Origin: an uncultured Bacillales bacterium
GTDB lineage: Bacteria; Bacillota_I; Bacilli_A; RFN20; CAG-826
DNA: 54,657 bases
Assembly (NCBI GenBank): GCA_946185585.1
Contig: CAMHJP010000002.1
Location: 1-54,657, forward strand
Direction: 5' to 3'
A model generated the notes under the pieces. That model was given only the letters and a program-made list of their open reading frames with translations. It was not told the DNA's origin and ran no database searches. Of the stretch, positions 10,040 to 18,417 are shown one piece after another. Positions within the stretch are counted from its first letter, which is position 1. Each line of letters opens with the position of its first letter. The translations under genes and the position numbers were made by a program.

Positions 10040-10737
10040 AAAAAAGAAATTACGAACAAATTTTAAAACTTGTTGAAGAATCAATTAAAGCTCTTTTTAT
10101 TGTTTCTAAACCAAGTGAAAACGAAAGTTCGATTTCTAGTTGTCTATCTTGTTTAGGTTGTCTTGACTCAAAAGACTTTATCAGAGGTCTTGATTCAATC
10201 AAAAAAGATCTTGAACAAGACCTCTCTTTCTTTATGGAAAGTGATCCAGCCGTAGATAGTGAAGAAGAAGTTGTTTACGCCTACCCAGGTTTTAAAGCGA
10301 TAGTTTACTATCGTATTGCCCATCTTCTTCATGAAATGGGCTACAAACTATGCGCCCGAATTATCTCTGAAGAAGCGCATAGTAAAACTGGGATTGATAT
10401 TCACCCAGCCGCAAAGATTGGCGTACCATTCTTTATCGATCACGGAACCGGCATAGTTATTGGTGAAACCACAATCATTGGTCAGCGTGCTGTTTTATAT
10501 CAAGGAGTCACTTTAGGTGCGATTAGCGTTACACACGCGCCTGATATTCATGGAGTGAAACGTCACCCAACAATTGGAAATAACGTAACCATTTACGCTA
10601 ATGCGACAATTTTAGGTGATATTAAAGTTGGTGATGATGTCATTGTTGGATCAAATACGTATATTCGTGAAGACATTCCAGCTCACACAACTGTCAAAAA
10701 TCCAAAACCTGAATTAATTATGCGCTCTCACAGGTGA
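10033..10737 (+). CDS. cysE: serine O-acetyltransferase
   Basis: Left-handed beta-helix hexapeptide repeats (IHPAAKIG...IDHGTGIVIGETTIIG...IGNNVTIYANATILGDIKVGDDVIVG). Overlaps the cysK stop. Confidence 0.85.
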   Translation: MVEKRNYEQILKLVEESIKALFIVSKPSENESSISSCLSCLGCLDSKDFIRGLDSIKKDLEQDLSFFMESDPAVDSEEEVVYAYPGFKAIVYYRIAHLLHEMGYKLCARIISEEAHSKTGIDIHPAAKIGVPFFIDHGTGIVIGETTIIGQRAVLYQGVTLGAISVTHAPDIHGVKRHPTIGNNVTIYANATILGDIKVGDDVIVGSNTYIREDIPAHTTVKNPKPELIMRSHR

Positions 10738-10798
10738 GCGAAAAACACATAAAATTTTGTTGTTTATTACAAATAACTATGTATAATAATTTTGCGCT

Positions 10799-10874
10799 GG
10801 GTCTGTAGCTCACCTGGGAGAGCGCCTGATTTGCATTCAGGAGGTAGAGAGTTCGATCCTCTTCAGATCCACCA
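10799..10874 (+). tRNA. tRNA-Ala (anticodon TGC)
   Basis: GGGTCTG acceptor with the G3:U70 pair, anticodon arm CCTGA-TTTGCAT-TCAGG, T-loop TTCGATC, CCA. Confidence 0.9.
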
Positions 10875-10880
10875 AAATTT

Positions 10881-10957
10881 GGCTGAGTAGCTCAGTTGGC
10901 TAGAGCAGGAAGTTCATACCTTCAAGGTCGGCGGTTCAAATCCGTCCTCAGCTACCA
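10881..10957 (+). tRNA. tRNA with CAT anticodon (elongator Met or Ile2)
   Basis: GGCTGAG...GGAAG-TTCATAC-CTTCA...GGCGG-TTCAAAT-CCGTC-CTCAGCT-A-CCA. Confidence 0.85.
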
Positions 10958-10966
10958 AAATACATC

Positions 10967-10996
10967 AATCTCTCAAACCAAAGAGAGATTTTTTTA
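10967..10996 (+). terminator. intrinsic terminator after the tRNA pair
   Basis: Hairpin AATCTCTC-N8-GAGAGATT followed by T7. Confidence 0.8.
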
Positions 10997-11190
10997 TGCG
11001 AAAAAATCGCTTAAATGAACTTCCAATCAGCCAATTTTTGTGAAAAAAGATTCCCACTTCAAAAAATAAAAAATATTTTTAATATTTTTAGAAAAATTGT
11101 TTGAACATTTTTACTCATTTTTTCGGATAAAGATAGTAGAGCGACAAAAAAATGTTGTGTTGCTTAATTTATCACAAAGGAGGTGCTCAC

Positions 11191-11955
11191 ATGAGTTCAA
11201 ATAATGGCATTTTAAATGAAATCCAAATCGCCAGTTTAATTGATGGAAGGAAATTATCTCAGATCAATTTAAACTTACAAACAATGCTTCGAATGATTTT
11301 TCCAGATGCAAGTGGAAATGATGTAATTGAAGCAAAACACTTAGATGATGTCTATAAACCAGATATCTATGTTCAATATAAAGGTAAAAAATGTTTTATC
11401 TCTGTAAAAATGGGACATACGACCGAAGTTCATAGCGAGGAGATTCATAGCGTTATTAATTTTCTAAAAATCAAAGGTGTATCACAGGAAACTCTTGATA
11501 CAATACTTCTTCACCATTATGGTGATGGGACGCTTGATGGAACAGGCACAAAGCGTCTTAACACAATGGAACTAACATTTATGTACGCAGACCGCATTAA
11601 GCGCGCAAACGATGAATTAAACTCATCTTATGACTTAATAATGGATGTTTTTCATCGAACAATGATCCAAGGCTTAGATCCTTTAGCTAATAGTGTCGAC
11701 TATTTTTATTTTGGGACACCAGATTATGGAAATCTTGTTTGTTATCATCAAATATCAACCTATATTCATAAAAAAGCTTGGGGTTATTTCAATTGTTTAC
11801 ATATCGGACCATTTTTTCTAAAACCTCGTGCTCGATATGTCGATAAAGAAATCGTTTCTGAATATAGAAGAAATCTTTGTGTGTTCTACTGGCCAAATTT
11901 AGCAGAAGATATTGATTATTTAGGCCATCGTTTTACCTTTTTAAATAAGAAATAA
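11191..11955 (+). CDS. PD-(D/E)xK-like nuclease, HpaII/MspI-like orphan (paralog of 44168-44935)
   Basis: AAAGGAGG SD precedes ATG 11191, which is preferred over the track start at 11152. Core YKPDIYV-x-FISVKMGH (D...SxK). Clear paralogy with the 44168 product (HY.DGTLDGTG, PHIG..RP.ARY). Confidence 0.45.
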   Translation: MSSNNGILNEIQIASLIDGRKLSQINLNLQTMLRMIFPDASGNDVIEAKHLDDVYKPDIYVQYKGKKCFISVKMGHTTEVHSEEIHSVINFLKIKGVSQETLDTILLHHYGDGTLDGTGTKRLNTMELTFMYADRIKRANDELNSSYDLIMDVFHRTMIQGLDPLANSVDYFYFGTPDYGNLVCYHQISTYIHKKAWGYFNCLHIGPFFLKPRARYVDKEIVSEYRRNLCVFYWPNLAEDIDYLGHRFTFLNKK

Positions 11956-11958
11956 AAA

Positions 11959-12035
<77 letters not shown>

Positions 12036-12195
12036 ACATTTTTATTGTAAAGGATTTTTCAGTGACTTATTCGCTGATATTTTTGGAACGATCCATATCT
12101 TTGGACAGAGTGATCCTAAATAAAAACGAGGTAAGGAAAGCAAAAATTGTATAAACAAATACAAATTTGTGCTATATTACTTACCGACACAAGCT

Positions 12196-12267
12196 GGACC
12201 CATAGCTCAAAGGAAGAGCATTCGGCTCATAACCGACTGGTTGTAGTGTCAGGATCTACTGGGTCCA
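12196..12267 (+). tRNA. tRNA-Met(CAT)-like gene with non-canonical T-arm; possibly a pseudo-tRNA
   Basis: Perfect acceptor GGACCCA/TGGGTCC, normal D-arm, and anticodon loop CTCATAA. The T-loop is GTCAGGA instead of TTCRAAT, there is a T:T at 53:61, and no CCA is encoded. Confidence 0.5.
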
Positions 12268-12273
12268 CCCGAT

Positions 12274-12364
12274 GGAGATTTACCCAAGTGGTTGAAGGGG
12301 TCGGTCTTGAAAACCGATAGGGGATGCAAGTCCCGCTAGAGTTCGAATCTCTAAATCTCCGCCA
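12274..12364 (+). tRNA. tRNA-Ser (anticodon TGA), long variable arm
   Basis: GGAGATT...TCGGT-CTTGAAA-ACCGA, variable arm GGGGATGCAAGTCCC, T-loop TTCGAAT, CCA. Confidence 0.9.
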
Positions 12365-12368
12365 GACG

Positions 12369-12399
12369 AAAACCCTGGATTTGCCGGGGTTTTCTTTCT
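12369..12399 (+). terminator. intrinsic terminator after tRNA-Ser
   Basis: Hairpin AAAACCCTGG-N5-CCGGGGTTTT followed by a T-rich run. Confidence 0.75.
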
Positions 12400-12409
12400 T
12401 TAAAATAAT

Positions 12410-13312
12410 ATGGAATACATTCTTTATGCCTTTCTTGCTCTACTTGCTTCCGCCGGAAACACGATTTTTAATCGTCTTGGGGCAAATCGAGCTAGTGCCT
12501 TAACAAATGCAACAGTCAAATCCTTCTTTATTGTGATTACATGTTTCCTTATTTGTATCATTCATGGGAATCTTCCAGTTTTATATGATTTAAGTGGTGA
12601 AGATTGGATTTGGATTGCTGTAGTTGGTGTTTTTACAGCAGCAAATTGGTTCTTATATTTCATGGCGATTAAAAGAACTCATCTCGAAACATTCACAAAC
12701 TTTAATGCTGCAGATTTTTTATTCTTATCTAATTTATTATTCTTAATCTTTACCTTTAATGCGGTCACTAATGGTGGTAAACCACTCAACATCGCCCTTT
12801 ATGTGATTGGTTTAGTCAGTGTTTTAATCGGGATTATTTATATTGTTAGAAACAAAAAACTCAACCCAAACACGAAAGCAATGTGGCTAGTTTACGCTGC
12901 TTTTTCCTGCGCATTCTACGCTACTCTTGTTTTAATCGTTAAGCTTAAACTATCTCATCTTTCAACTGATGTTATTTCATTTCATGAAATGATGGTTTGC
13001 TTTGGTATAATGTTCATTGCCTCATTAGTAACTAAAAATATTAAAGAGATCGTTCATATTCATTGGCGTGAACTCATCTACATTTTTCTTGGAGCACTAT
13101 GTAATGCTCTATTAACGATTTTTCGTTATACTGCGTTAAACGAACCAAACTCAATTCCAGCGATTGTTAACGTTATTATTGGATTAGACTTTATTATCGT
13201 TTCATTTGCGACAGTCTTCTTCTTTAAAGCTAAAAATAAAGTTCAATTATCCATCGCGGTTAGCCTTGTTTTAGTTGGGATGATTTTAAATCTTCTCGCT
13301 GGATTAATATAA
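12410..13312 (+). CDS. DMT/EamA-like multi-TM transporter
   Basis: 300 aa with about 10 hydrophobic helices in two similar halves. No SD is visible. Confidence 0.5.
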   Translation: MEYILYAFLALLASAGNTIFNRLGANRASALTNATVKSFFIVITCFLICIIHGNLPVLYDLSGEDWIWIAVVGVFTAANWFLYFMAIKRTHLETFTNFNAADFLFLSNLLFLIFTFNAVTNGGKPLNIALYVIGLVSVLIGIIYIVRNKKLNPNTKAMWLVYAAFSCAFYATLVLIVKLKLSHLSTDVISFHEMMVCFGIMFIASLVTKNIKEIVHIHWRELIYIFLGALCNALLTIFRYTALNEPNSIPAIVNVIIGLDFIIVSFATVFFFKAKNKVQLSIAVSLVLVGMILNLLAGLI

Positions 13313-13365
13313 TTTTTATTTTCATAATTTGAAAATAAAGATATAATAATTTTGGAGGTTTTCTC

Positions 13366-14739
13366 ATGAAAAAATTACTTGTTCCAATCTTATTAACCAT
13401 CTCTACTTGTTTTGTTTTAAATCAAAAGAATGTCACCCCAGTTCATGCGAACGATTTGTTCGTTCAAAAGAATGCGGTGATCGTTCCAAAAGACATTGAT
13501 TTAAACGACGTTAAAGAAGAAAACATTCGTGCTTATTACACAAATCTAAATTCTCTTTCTAATGAAGAAAGACAAGGAACGAATTTATTAAAGAATTTAA
13601 AACCAATTCTAAAGAATGGTCACACTCCTTATTACTATAAGGATAGTGCCTCGACACAAGTGTGGCAGGCTTATGAAATCATTGATCGTGACTGGTCAAA
13701 ATCTCCAGCTAAAGACATCGAAGGTTATGATCCAGTAACCAATACAATCACTGGTTATAAATATGGAAAATCAACTTCTGATAAAGGTAGTGATCCATAC
13801 ATTCACGCTTTATATGTAAACCGCGATAAAGACAATCAAACCAAAGCCTGGTCTGATCACAGTCAATTAAATTATGGAATTAACCAAGAACATATCTGGC
13901 CAAAAAGTGCTGGTTTTGAAGATAAAACTAGTGAGGTCGGTGCTCGTGGTGACCTCCATCATTTATGGGCAGGAAACGGTTACGTGAATGGTATAATTCA
14001 TAACAACTGGTATTTTGGTAACGTTGATAAGAACCAAACATTCACTGATGCTGGTTCAAAATATAATTACCTTTCTGGAAACCTTAAAGGTGTCAGCAAA
14101 ACATTTGGTGGAACAGTGGATGTATTTGAGCCACAAAACTCCGATAAAGGCGATATTGCTCGAGCTATTTTCTACATGATGGCTCGTTATAACTATTTAG
14201 CTAGTGATGGAGACACAATTGATTCAACCAATCCAAACTTAGAAATCGTTAATAACATCACATCCTTTTCTGATACTGGTTATCAATCCAGTCAAACTGA
14301 AACTGGAAAAATGGGTATTCTGCATGACTTACTAGAATGGAATAAACTCGACCCAGTCGATTATTTTGAAATCCATCGTAATAATCTTGTCTATAACAAT
14401 TATGGTCATAACCGTAACCCGTTTATTGATTTCCCTCAATGGGCGGATTATATTTGGGGAACTGCCGGTAGTGGAAGCTCCATTACTGCTCCAACACGTT
14501 GTGCGAATCCAAATACAGATAAAATCGCTGAAGGAAATGAAACCCCAGTTTATCCAAGTGAAGACTCGAAGAAACTTGACATTAAGATGATTGCTATCAT
14601 CGGCGGTGTAGCCCTTGTTCTCCTAGTAGTTCTCATCATTATCTTCTCTAAACTCAGTAAGAAAAATAAACGTAAAGTACTTAAAACAACAACTAAATAC
14701 GTTAAAAAAGCAACAAAATCTTCTAAAAAGAAGAGATAA
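13366..14739 (+). CDS. exported Endonuclease I family nuclease with C-terminal TM anchor
   Basis: Signal peptide. Motifs NQEHIWPKS, GDLHHLWAGNG, SDKGDIARAIFYMMARY and HNRNPFIDFPQWADYIW. C-terminal TM helix plus lysine-rich tail. Confidence 0.8.
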   Translation: MKKLLVPILLTISTCFVLNQKNVTPVHANDLFVQKNAVIVPKDIDLNDVKEENIRAYYTNLNSLSNEERQGTNLLKNLKPILKNGHTPYYYKDSASTQVWQAYEIIDRDWSKSPAKDIEGYDPVTNTITGYKYGKSTSDKGSDPYIHALYVNRDKDNQTKAWSDHSQLNYGINQEHIWPKSAGFEDKTSEVGARGDLHHLWAGNGYVNGIIHNNWYFGNVDKNQTFTDAGSKYNYLSGNLKGVSKTFGGTVDVFEPQNSDKGDIARAIFYMMARYNYLASDGDTIDSTNPNLEIVNNITSFSDTGYQSSQTETGKMGILHDLLEWNKLDPVDYFEIHRNNLVYNNYGHNRNPFIDFPQWADYIWGTAGSGSSITAPTRCANPNTDKIAEGNETPVYPSEDSKKLDIKMIAIIGGVALVLLVVLIIIFSKLSKKNKRKVLKTTTKYVKKATKSSKKKR

Positions 14740-14772
14740 ATCGGTTATAATGAAAACAAGAGGTAACTAACT

Positions 14773-15288
14773 ATGGATTTAATGATTCGTAATAAATGGG
14801 TCTCCTTACGTGGTGGATCCGTTGTTAAAGATGTTAACGAACAAGATGTCTTACGAGTGAAAGGAAAATTCTGGACTCTTACTAGAAAGAAATTTGTCCA
14901 AACACTTGATGGAGAAACAAAATATATTGTTCGTAACAAATTCTGGAGATTATTTGCTTATCGCGCTTTTGTAGAAACTCCAGATAAAAAGATAATCTGT
15001 CGTATTCGAAGAAAAATCTTCTCCTTCCATGATCGTTATTTTATTACATCAAATCTTGGTAATCTTGAAATCAAAGGTAACATCTTAGGTTACGACTATC
15101 ACATCTTACTTAACGGTCAAGAAATCGGTCATATCGCTCGAAAAATCTCTTTTAGAGATTCCTTCGTCCTTCACCTTGAAGAAGGTGCTGATCCAATGTT
15201 CTATGTCGCATTAGTTATTGCGATTGATAACATTACCGATCAACGTAATGCTGATGCTTCGGCAGCTGCCTCAAGCTACTCAAACTAA
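14773..15288 (+). CDS. LURP-one-related / DUF567-like (tubby-fold) protein
   Basis: 171 aa. Pattern KWVSLRGGSVVKD...VLRVKGKFWTLTRKKF...IVRNKFW is typical of this family. Confidence 0.55.
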   Translation: MDLMIRNKWVSLRGGSVVKDVNEQDVLRVKGKFWTLTRKKFVQTLDGETKYIVRNKFWRLFAYRAFVETPDKKIICRIRRKIFSFHDRYFITSNLGNLEIKGNILGYDYHILLNGQEIGHIARKISFRDSFVLHLEEGADPMFYVALVIAIDNITDQRNADASAAASSYSN

Positions 15289-15297
15289 ATAAATTCA

Positions 15298-15329
15298 AAA
15301 GTCAGGCCACATACAATGACCTGACTTTT
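15298..15329. terminator. bidirectional terminator between convergent genes
   Basis: Hairpin AAGTCAGG-N13-CCTGACTT flanked by A and T runs. Confidence 0.75.
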
Positions 15330-15337
15330 TGTTTGCC

Positions 15338-16060
15338 TTAATTTAAGAAGTTAGAGATGATTGGTTTTAAAACGTTAGTAATAACGGTGTAACCTTCTTT
15401 TGTTAGGTGACCCCCATCAACAGAATATTCTTGTTTTAATTCGTTGGTAGTTGGATCAAGAAGTGGATTATATAAATCGGCGTAAACATAAGAGTATTTT
15501 GCGGCGATTTTTTTAATTTCAACGTTGTTTTGTTTGGCTTTTTCGTTGTTCTTCGCCCAACTAGACGTCATCGATGTTAAAGAACACAAAATAACCGAAG
15601 TTTGCGGTAGATTTTGCTTGATTTTGGACACAATTGTTTCATAGTTTGTTAACATCGTATCAAAGTTATTTGCCCCAATGAGCATCGAAATAACCTTAGG
15701 ATGAGCATCATAGGCTGAGACTTGTAATCTCTTCTCTAAACCGATAGTGGTGTCGCCTGAGATACCTCGATTAACAACAGTCCAATCTGAATAAAAACTT
15801 TTTAAATCATAACCTTCTGTTAATGAATCTCCAAGGAAAGCAACATCAATGTTTGTTAGATGCTTGTTTTCCTCATTAAAAAGATTACATCGGTCGTAAT
15901 AATGGGTCTCAAACAATCGACTACCTAAATCATACTTTTCTTGGTCAGCTTTTTTTCGTTCGATCGCATGCGTAATAAAATAGGTTCCTAATCCAGTAGC
16001 TACTGGAAGAGCAACCAATAAAGAAATGAAAACAATTTTTTTCTTGTTCATGTCTAGCAT
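15338..16060 (-). CDS. membrane-anchored SGNH/GDSL hydrolase
   Basis: N-terminal TM helix. Block I FLGDSLTEG, block III GANN, block V DGGHLT. Confidence 0.8.
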   Translation of the reverse strand: MLDMNKKKIVFISLLVALPVATGLGTYFITHAIERKKADQEKYDLGSRLFETHYYDRCNLFNEENKHLTNIDVAFLGDSLTEGYDLKSFYSDWTVVNRGISGDTTIGLEKRLQVSAYDAHPKVISMLIGANNFDTMLTNYETIVSKIKQNLPQTSVILCSLTSMTSSWAKNNEKAKQNNVEIKKIAAKYSYVYADLYNPLLDPTTNELKQEYSVDGGHLTKEGYTVITNVLKPIISNFLN

Positions 16061-16114
16061 TGTCGCACTTTGTATCTTCTAATTCAAATAATTGCTTTGT
16101 TTAGTTTAAGAAAC

Positions 16115-16120
16115 TATAAT
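16115..16120 (+). promoter_or_regulatory. -10 box (TATAAT) 7 nt upstream of ATG 16128; leaderless-type start
   Basis: TATAAT-tttctta-ATG with no SD in between. Confidence 0.4.
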
Positions 16121-16127
16121 TTTCTTA

Positions 16128-17213
16128 ATGAAAAAAGAAAAGAAACAGAAACAATTATCCCTAAAAATCCAACGTCAGATCGAAATCTTATCCAAATATT
16201 ACGATATTGATGTTGAGAAACGTATTATCACTCTTGAACTTGTCTATGACAAAGTCAGTGAAATGTTTGATGACAATGTTGTCTCCACTAAAGTCATCAA
16301 ATTTAAATCCGAAATTCTCCAAAGAGTATCCGAGATTATGGATACTTTCCCTTTGGAATTTAAGATTGATCTTCGATTTAAAATTGATGATTTTGAAGGA
16401 TATAAACCAGACGAAATCATTGAATCATTCAAAGATTCTTTAGAGTTATTCCATTATTCAATTTACAAAGAGAAGAACGGACGTTTATTTGAAGCGGTGG
16501 TCTTAGCACTTGTTTCAGTGGGAATTCTTTTTGTTCGTCAATTCCTTCTTGCTCAAGGATTCTTAGCGGATAATGGATTAGTCTCAGAAATGCTTGATAT
16601 TACCGCCTGGGTCTTCTTATGGCAAGGTGTTACAGTTCTCTTCCTAACACCAAATGAATTGCGTTCGATTAGTTTCAAAATCCTTACTCGATTAGATCTT
16701 GTTTCATTATATGAAAAAGAAAAGTTAGTTTTCCAAATTAGTCAGGATCAACTCCAGGCCAACTGGATTCAAGTTTCGAGAGCTGAAATCCTCTCTAAAA
16801 GAACAATTATTGTTGCTGGTGCATTCACTTTTGCCGCCGGAGTAATGTCCTTCTCGAATGGTATTATTAACTTTGTTACCACTGAATTTAGTTATGTTTC
16901 TTTAGCATCACTCCTCTTTACGATTCTTGCTACTGGAATTGTCTCGATTCTTGGTGGTTTAGGTGCCATTTCTGTTTATCGTGATAAAGGTCCATTCCAG
17001 AAACTTGTCCCATTCTGTGCTTATTTCTATCTTGCCGCTGATGCATTGTTAATTGCATTTATTATCTTTATGGCTATTGATTTAGGATCGTTATCGTTAA
17101 TCATTCCATTATTAGCCACATTTGCGGCCTTCTTAGTTTCATCAATTCTCTACTTTGTTTCATATCAAATCATTCGTCATTTAAAGAAAGTGAACGCCAA
17201 AAGAAATGCTTAA
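16128..17213 (+). CDS. membrane protein of unknown function (distant paralog of 42464-43135)
   Basis: 361 aa. About 120-aa soluble N-terminal region followed by multiple TM helices. Overlaps the downstream gene start. Confidence 0.6.
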   Translation: MKKEKKQKQLSLKIQRQIEILSKYYDIDVEKRIITLELVYDKVSEMFDDNVVSTKVIKFKSEILQRVSEIMDTFPLEFKIDLRFKIDDFEGYKPDEIIESFKDSLELFHYSIYKEKNGRLFEAVVLALVSVGILFVRQFLLAQGFLADNGLVSEMLDITAWVFLWQGVTVLFLTPNELRSISFKILTRLDLVSLYEKEKLVFQISQDQLQANWIQVSRAEILSKRTIIVAGAFTFAAGVMSFSNGIINFVTTEFSYVSLASLLFTILATGIVSILGGLGAISVYRDKGPFQKLVPFCAYFYLAADALLIAFIIFMAIDLGSLSLIIPLLATFAAFLVSSILYFVSYQIIRHLKKVNAKRNA

Positions 17214-18249
17214 TGATGAATTAGTTAACCAACATCAACTCTCTCAAGGGCCTCTTTTAGATGAAAACGGAAATCTAAATGAAGCCGGTTTTGCCTTGTC
17301 TTTGGTTCGTGATTATAATCGTGGACAAATCAAAGGATTAAAATCCCGAATTAAAGAATGGGATTATTATTACATTGGTAATTCCCACTTTGGTGTTGCT
17401 CTTACAATTGCTGATAACTCATATATGGCTTTAGCATCAGTATCCTTTCTCAACTTCGATACCAATGAACAAGTTACGAAGTCAAAAATGAAGTTCTTTA
17501 CCTTTGGAAAGCTCAAACTTCCTAGTTCCTCAAAAGAAGGAGTGACCAAGATTAATTGGAAAGGTTTAGAGATGTCTTTTGTTAATGAAAATAACCAGCG
17601 AAAACTTGATGTTTTATACAAAAACTTCACAAACCACAATGATTTTCGTTTAGAGGTAGTTTTAAACGAATTTAACCAGGATTCGCTAGTGATTTCGACT
17701 CCATTTAAAAAAGAAAAACACTTCTATTACAACCAAAAAATCAATAATTTAAGCGCGAACGGATATTGTAAATTTAACGACCAATTTTATTACTTTGATG
17801 AGACAACTCAAGCAGTATTAGATTGGGGCCGAGGAATCTGGACTTATAACAACACTTGGTATTGGGCCAGCATGAATGGAGAGTATCAAGGAAAGAAGAT
17901 TGGAATGAACCTTGGTTATGGTTTTGGCGATACATCAGCCGCCAGTGAAAACATCTTCTACATTGATGGAATGTCTTACAAACTAAACGATGTTCGTTTT
18001 GATATTCCAACATTACCTAATGGAAAGCACGAATACCTCAAGCAGTGGAAGTTCCGTTCTAAGACTGGAGACATTTCCTTAATCTTTGATCCAGTACTTC
18101 ATCGTAAAGCAAACATGAACCTTTTGTTCTTAAAAAGTAACCAAAACCAAGTCTTTGGTCTCTTTTCTGGATACATTATCGTTAATGGTAAACAAGAATA
18201 TTTTGAAAATATTCCTGGCTTTGCCGAGAAAGTCCACAACTTGTGGTAA
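17206..18249 (+). CDS. DUF2804-like soluble protein
   Basis: 347 aa. Pattern WDYYYI...GRGIWTYNNTWYWASMNG resembles the DUF2804 family. Translationally coupled to the upstream membrane protein. Confidence 0.45.
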   Translation: MLNDELVNQHQLSQGPLLDENGNLNEAGFALSLVRDYNRGQIKGLKSRIKEWDYYYIGNSHFGVALTIADNSYMALASVSFLNFDTNEQVTKSKMKFFTFGKLKLPSSSKEGVTKINWKGLEMSFVNENNQRKLDVLYKNFTNHNDFRLEVVLNEFNQDSLVISTPFKKEKHFYYNQKINNLSANGYCKFNDQFYYFDETTQAVLDWGRGIWTYNNTWYWASMNGEYQGKKIGMNLGYGFGDTSAASENIFYIDGMSYKLNDVRFDIPTLPNGKHEYLKQWKFRSKTGDISLIFDPVLHRKANMNLLFLKSNQNQVFGLFSGYIIVNGKQEYFENIPGFAEKVHNLW

Positions 18250-18296
18250 CTTTTAGTTGAAACTTGTTTTATCTTCTTATAAGATATACACGCAAT

Positions 18297-18374
18297 CGCG
18301 GAGTAGAGCAGTCCGGTAGCTCACCAGGCCCATAACTTGGAAGTCGCAGCGTTCAAATCCTGCCTCCGCAACCA
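18297..18374 (+). tRNA. initiator-like tRNA (CAT) with degenerate features
   Basis: CGCGGAG...CTCCGCA-A-CCA gives the C1:A72 mismatch typical of bacterial initiators. The anticodon stem lacks the three G:C pairs, the loop is CCCATAA (C33), and the T-stem GCAGCG carries an extra C. Confidence 0.6.
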
Positions 18375-18382
18375 AATGTAAA

Positions 18383-18417
18383 CTACAGTATTGATACAAT
18401 GTCAGTACTGTTTTTTT
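18383..18417 (+). terminator. tRNA-distal terminator; repeat copy A
   Basis: CTACAGTATTGATACAATGTCAGTACTG followed by T7. The ACAGTA/TACTGT stem recurs at 20830 and 22552. Confidence 0.7.

Noticed and set aside
8996-10737. tRNA-Cys lying divergently next to cysK-cysE as a possible functional coupling.
   Set aside because: The intergenic region (about 100 nt) is too short for a T-box, and no regulatory structure was seen. The juxtaposition may be coincidental.
12401-12412. Leaderless-type start for the DMT transporter gene (TAAAAT 3 nt before the ATG).
   Set aside because: The spacing is too short for a -10-to-TSS relationship. The gene may instead be read through from the tRNA-Ser unit or use another promoter, so it is not counted among the leaderless candidates.
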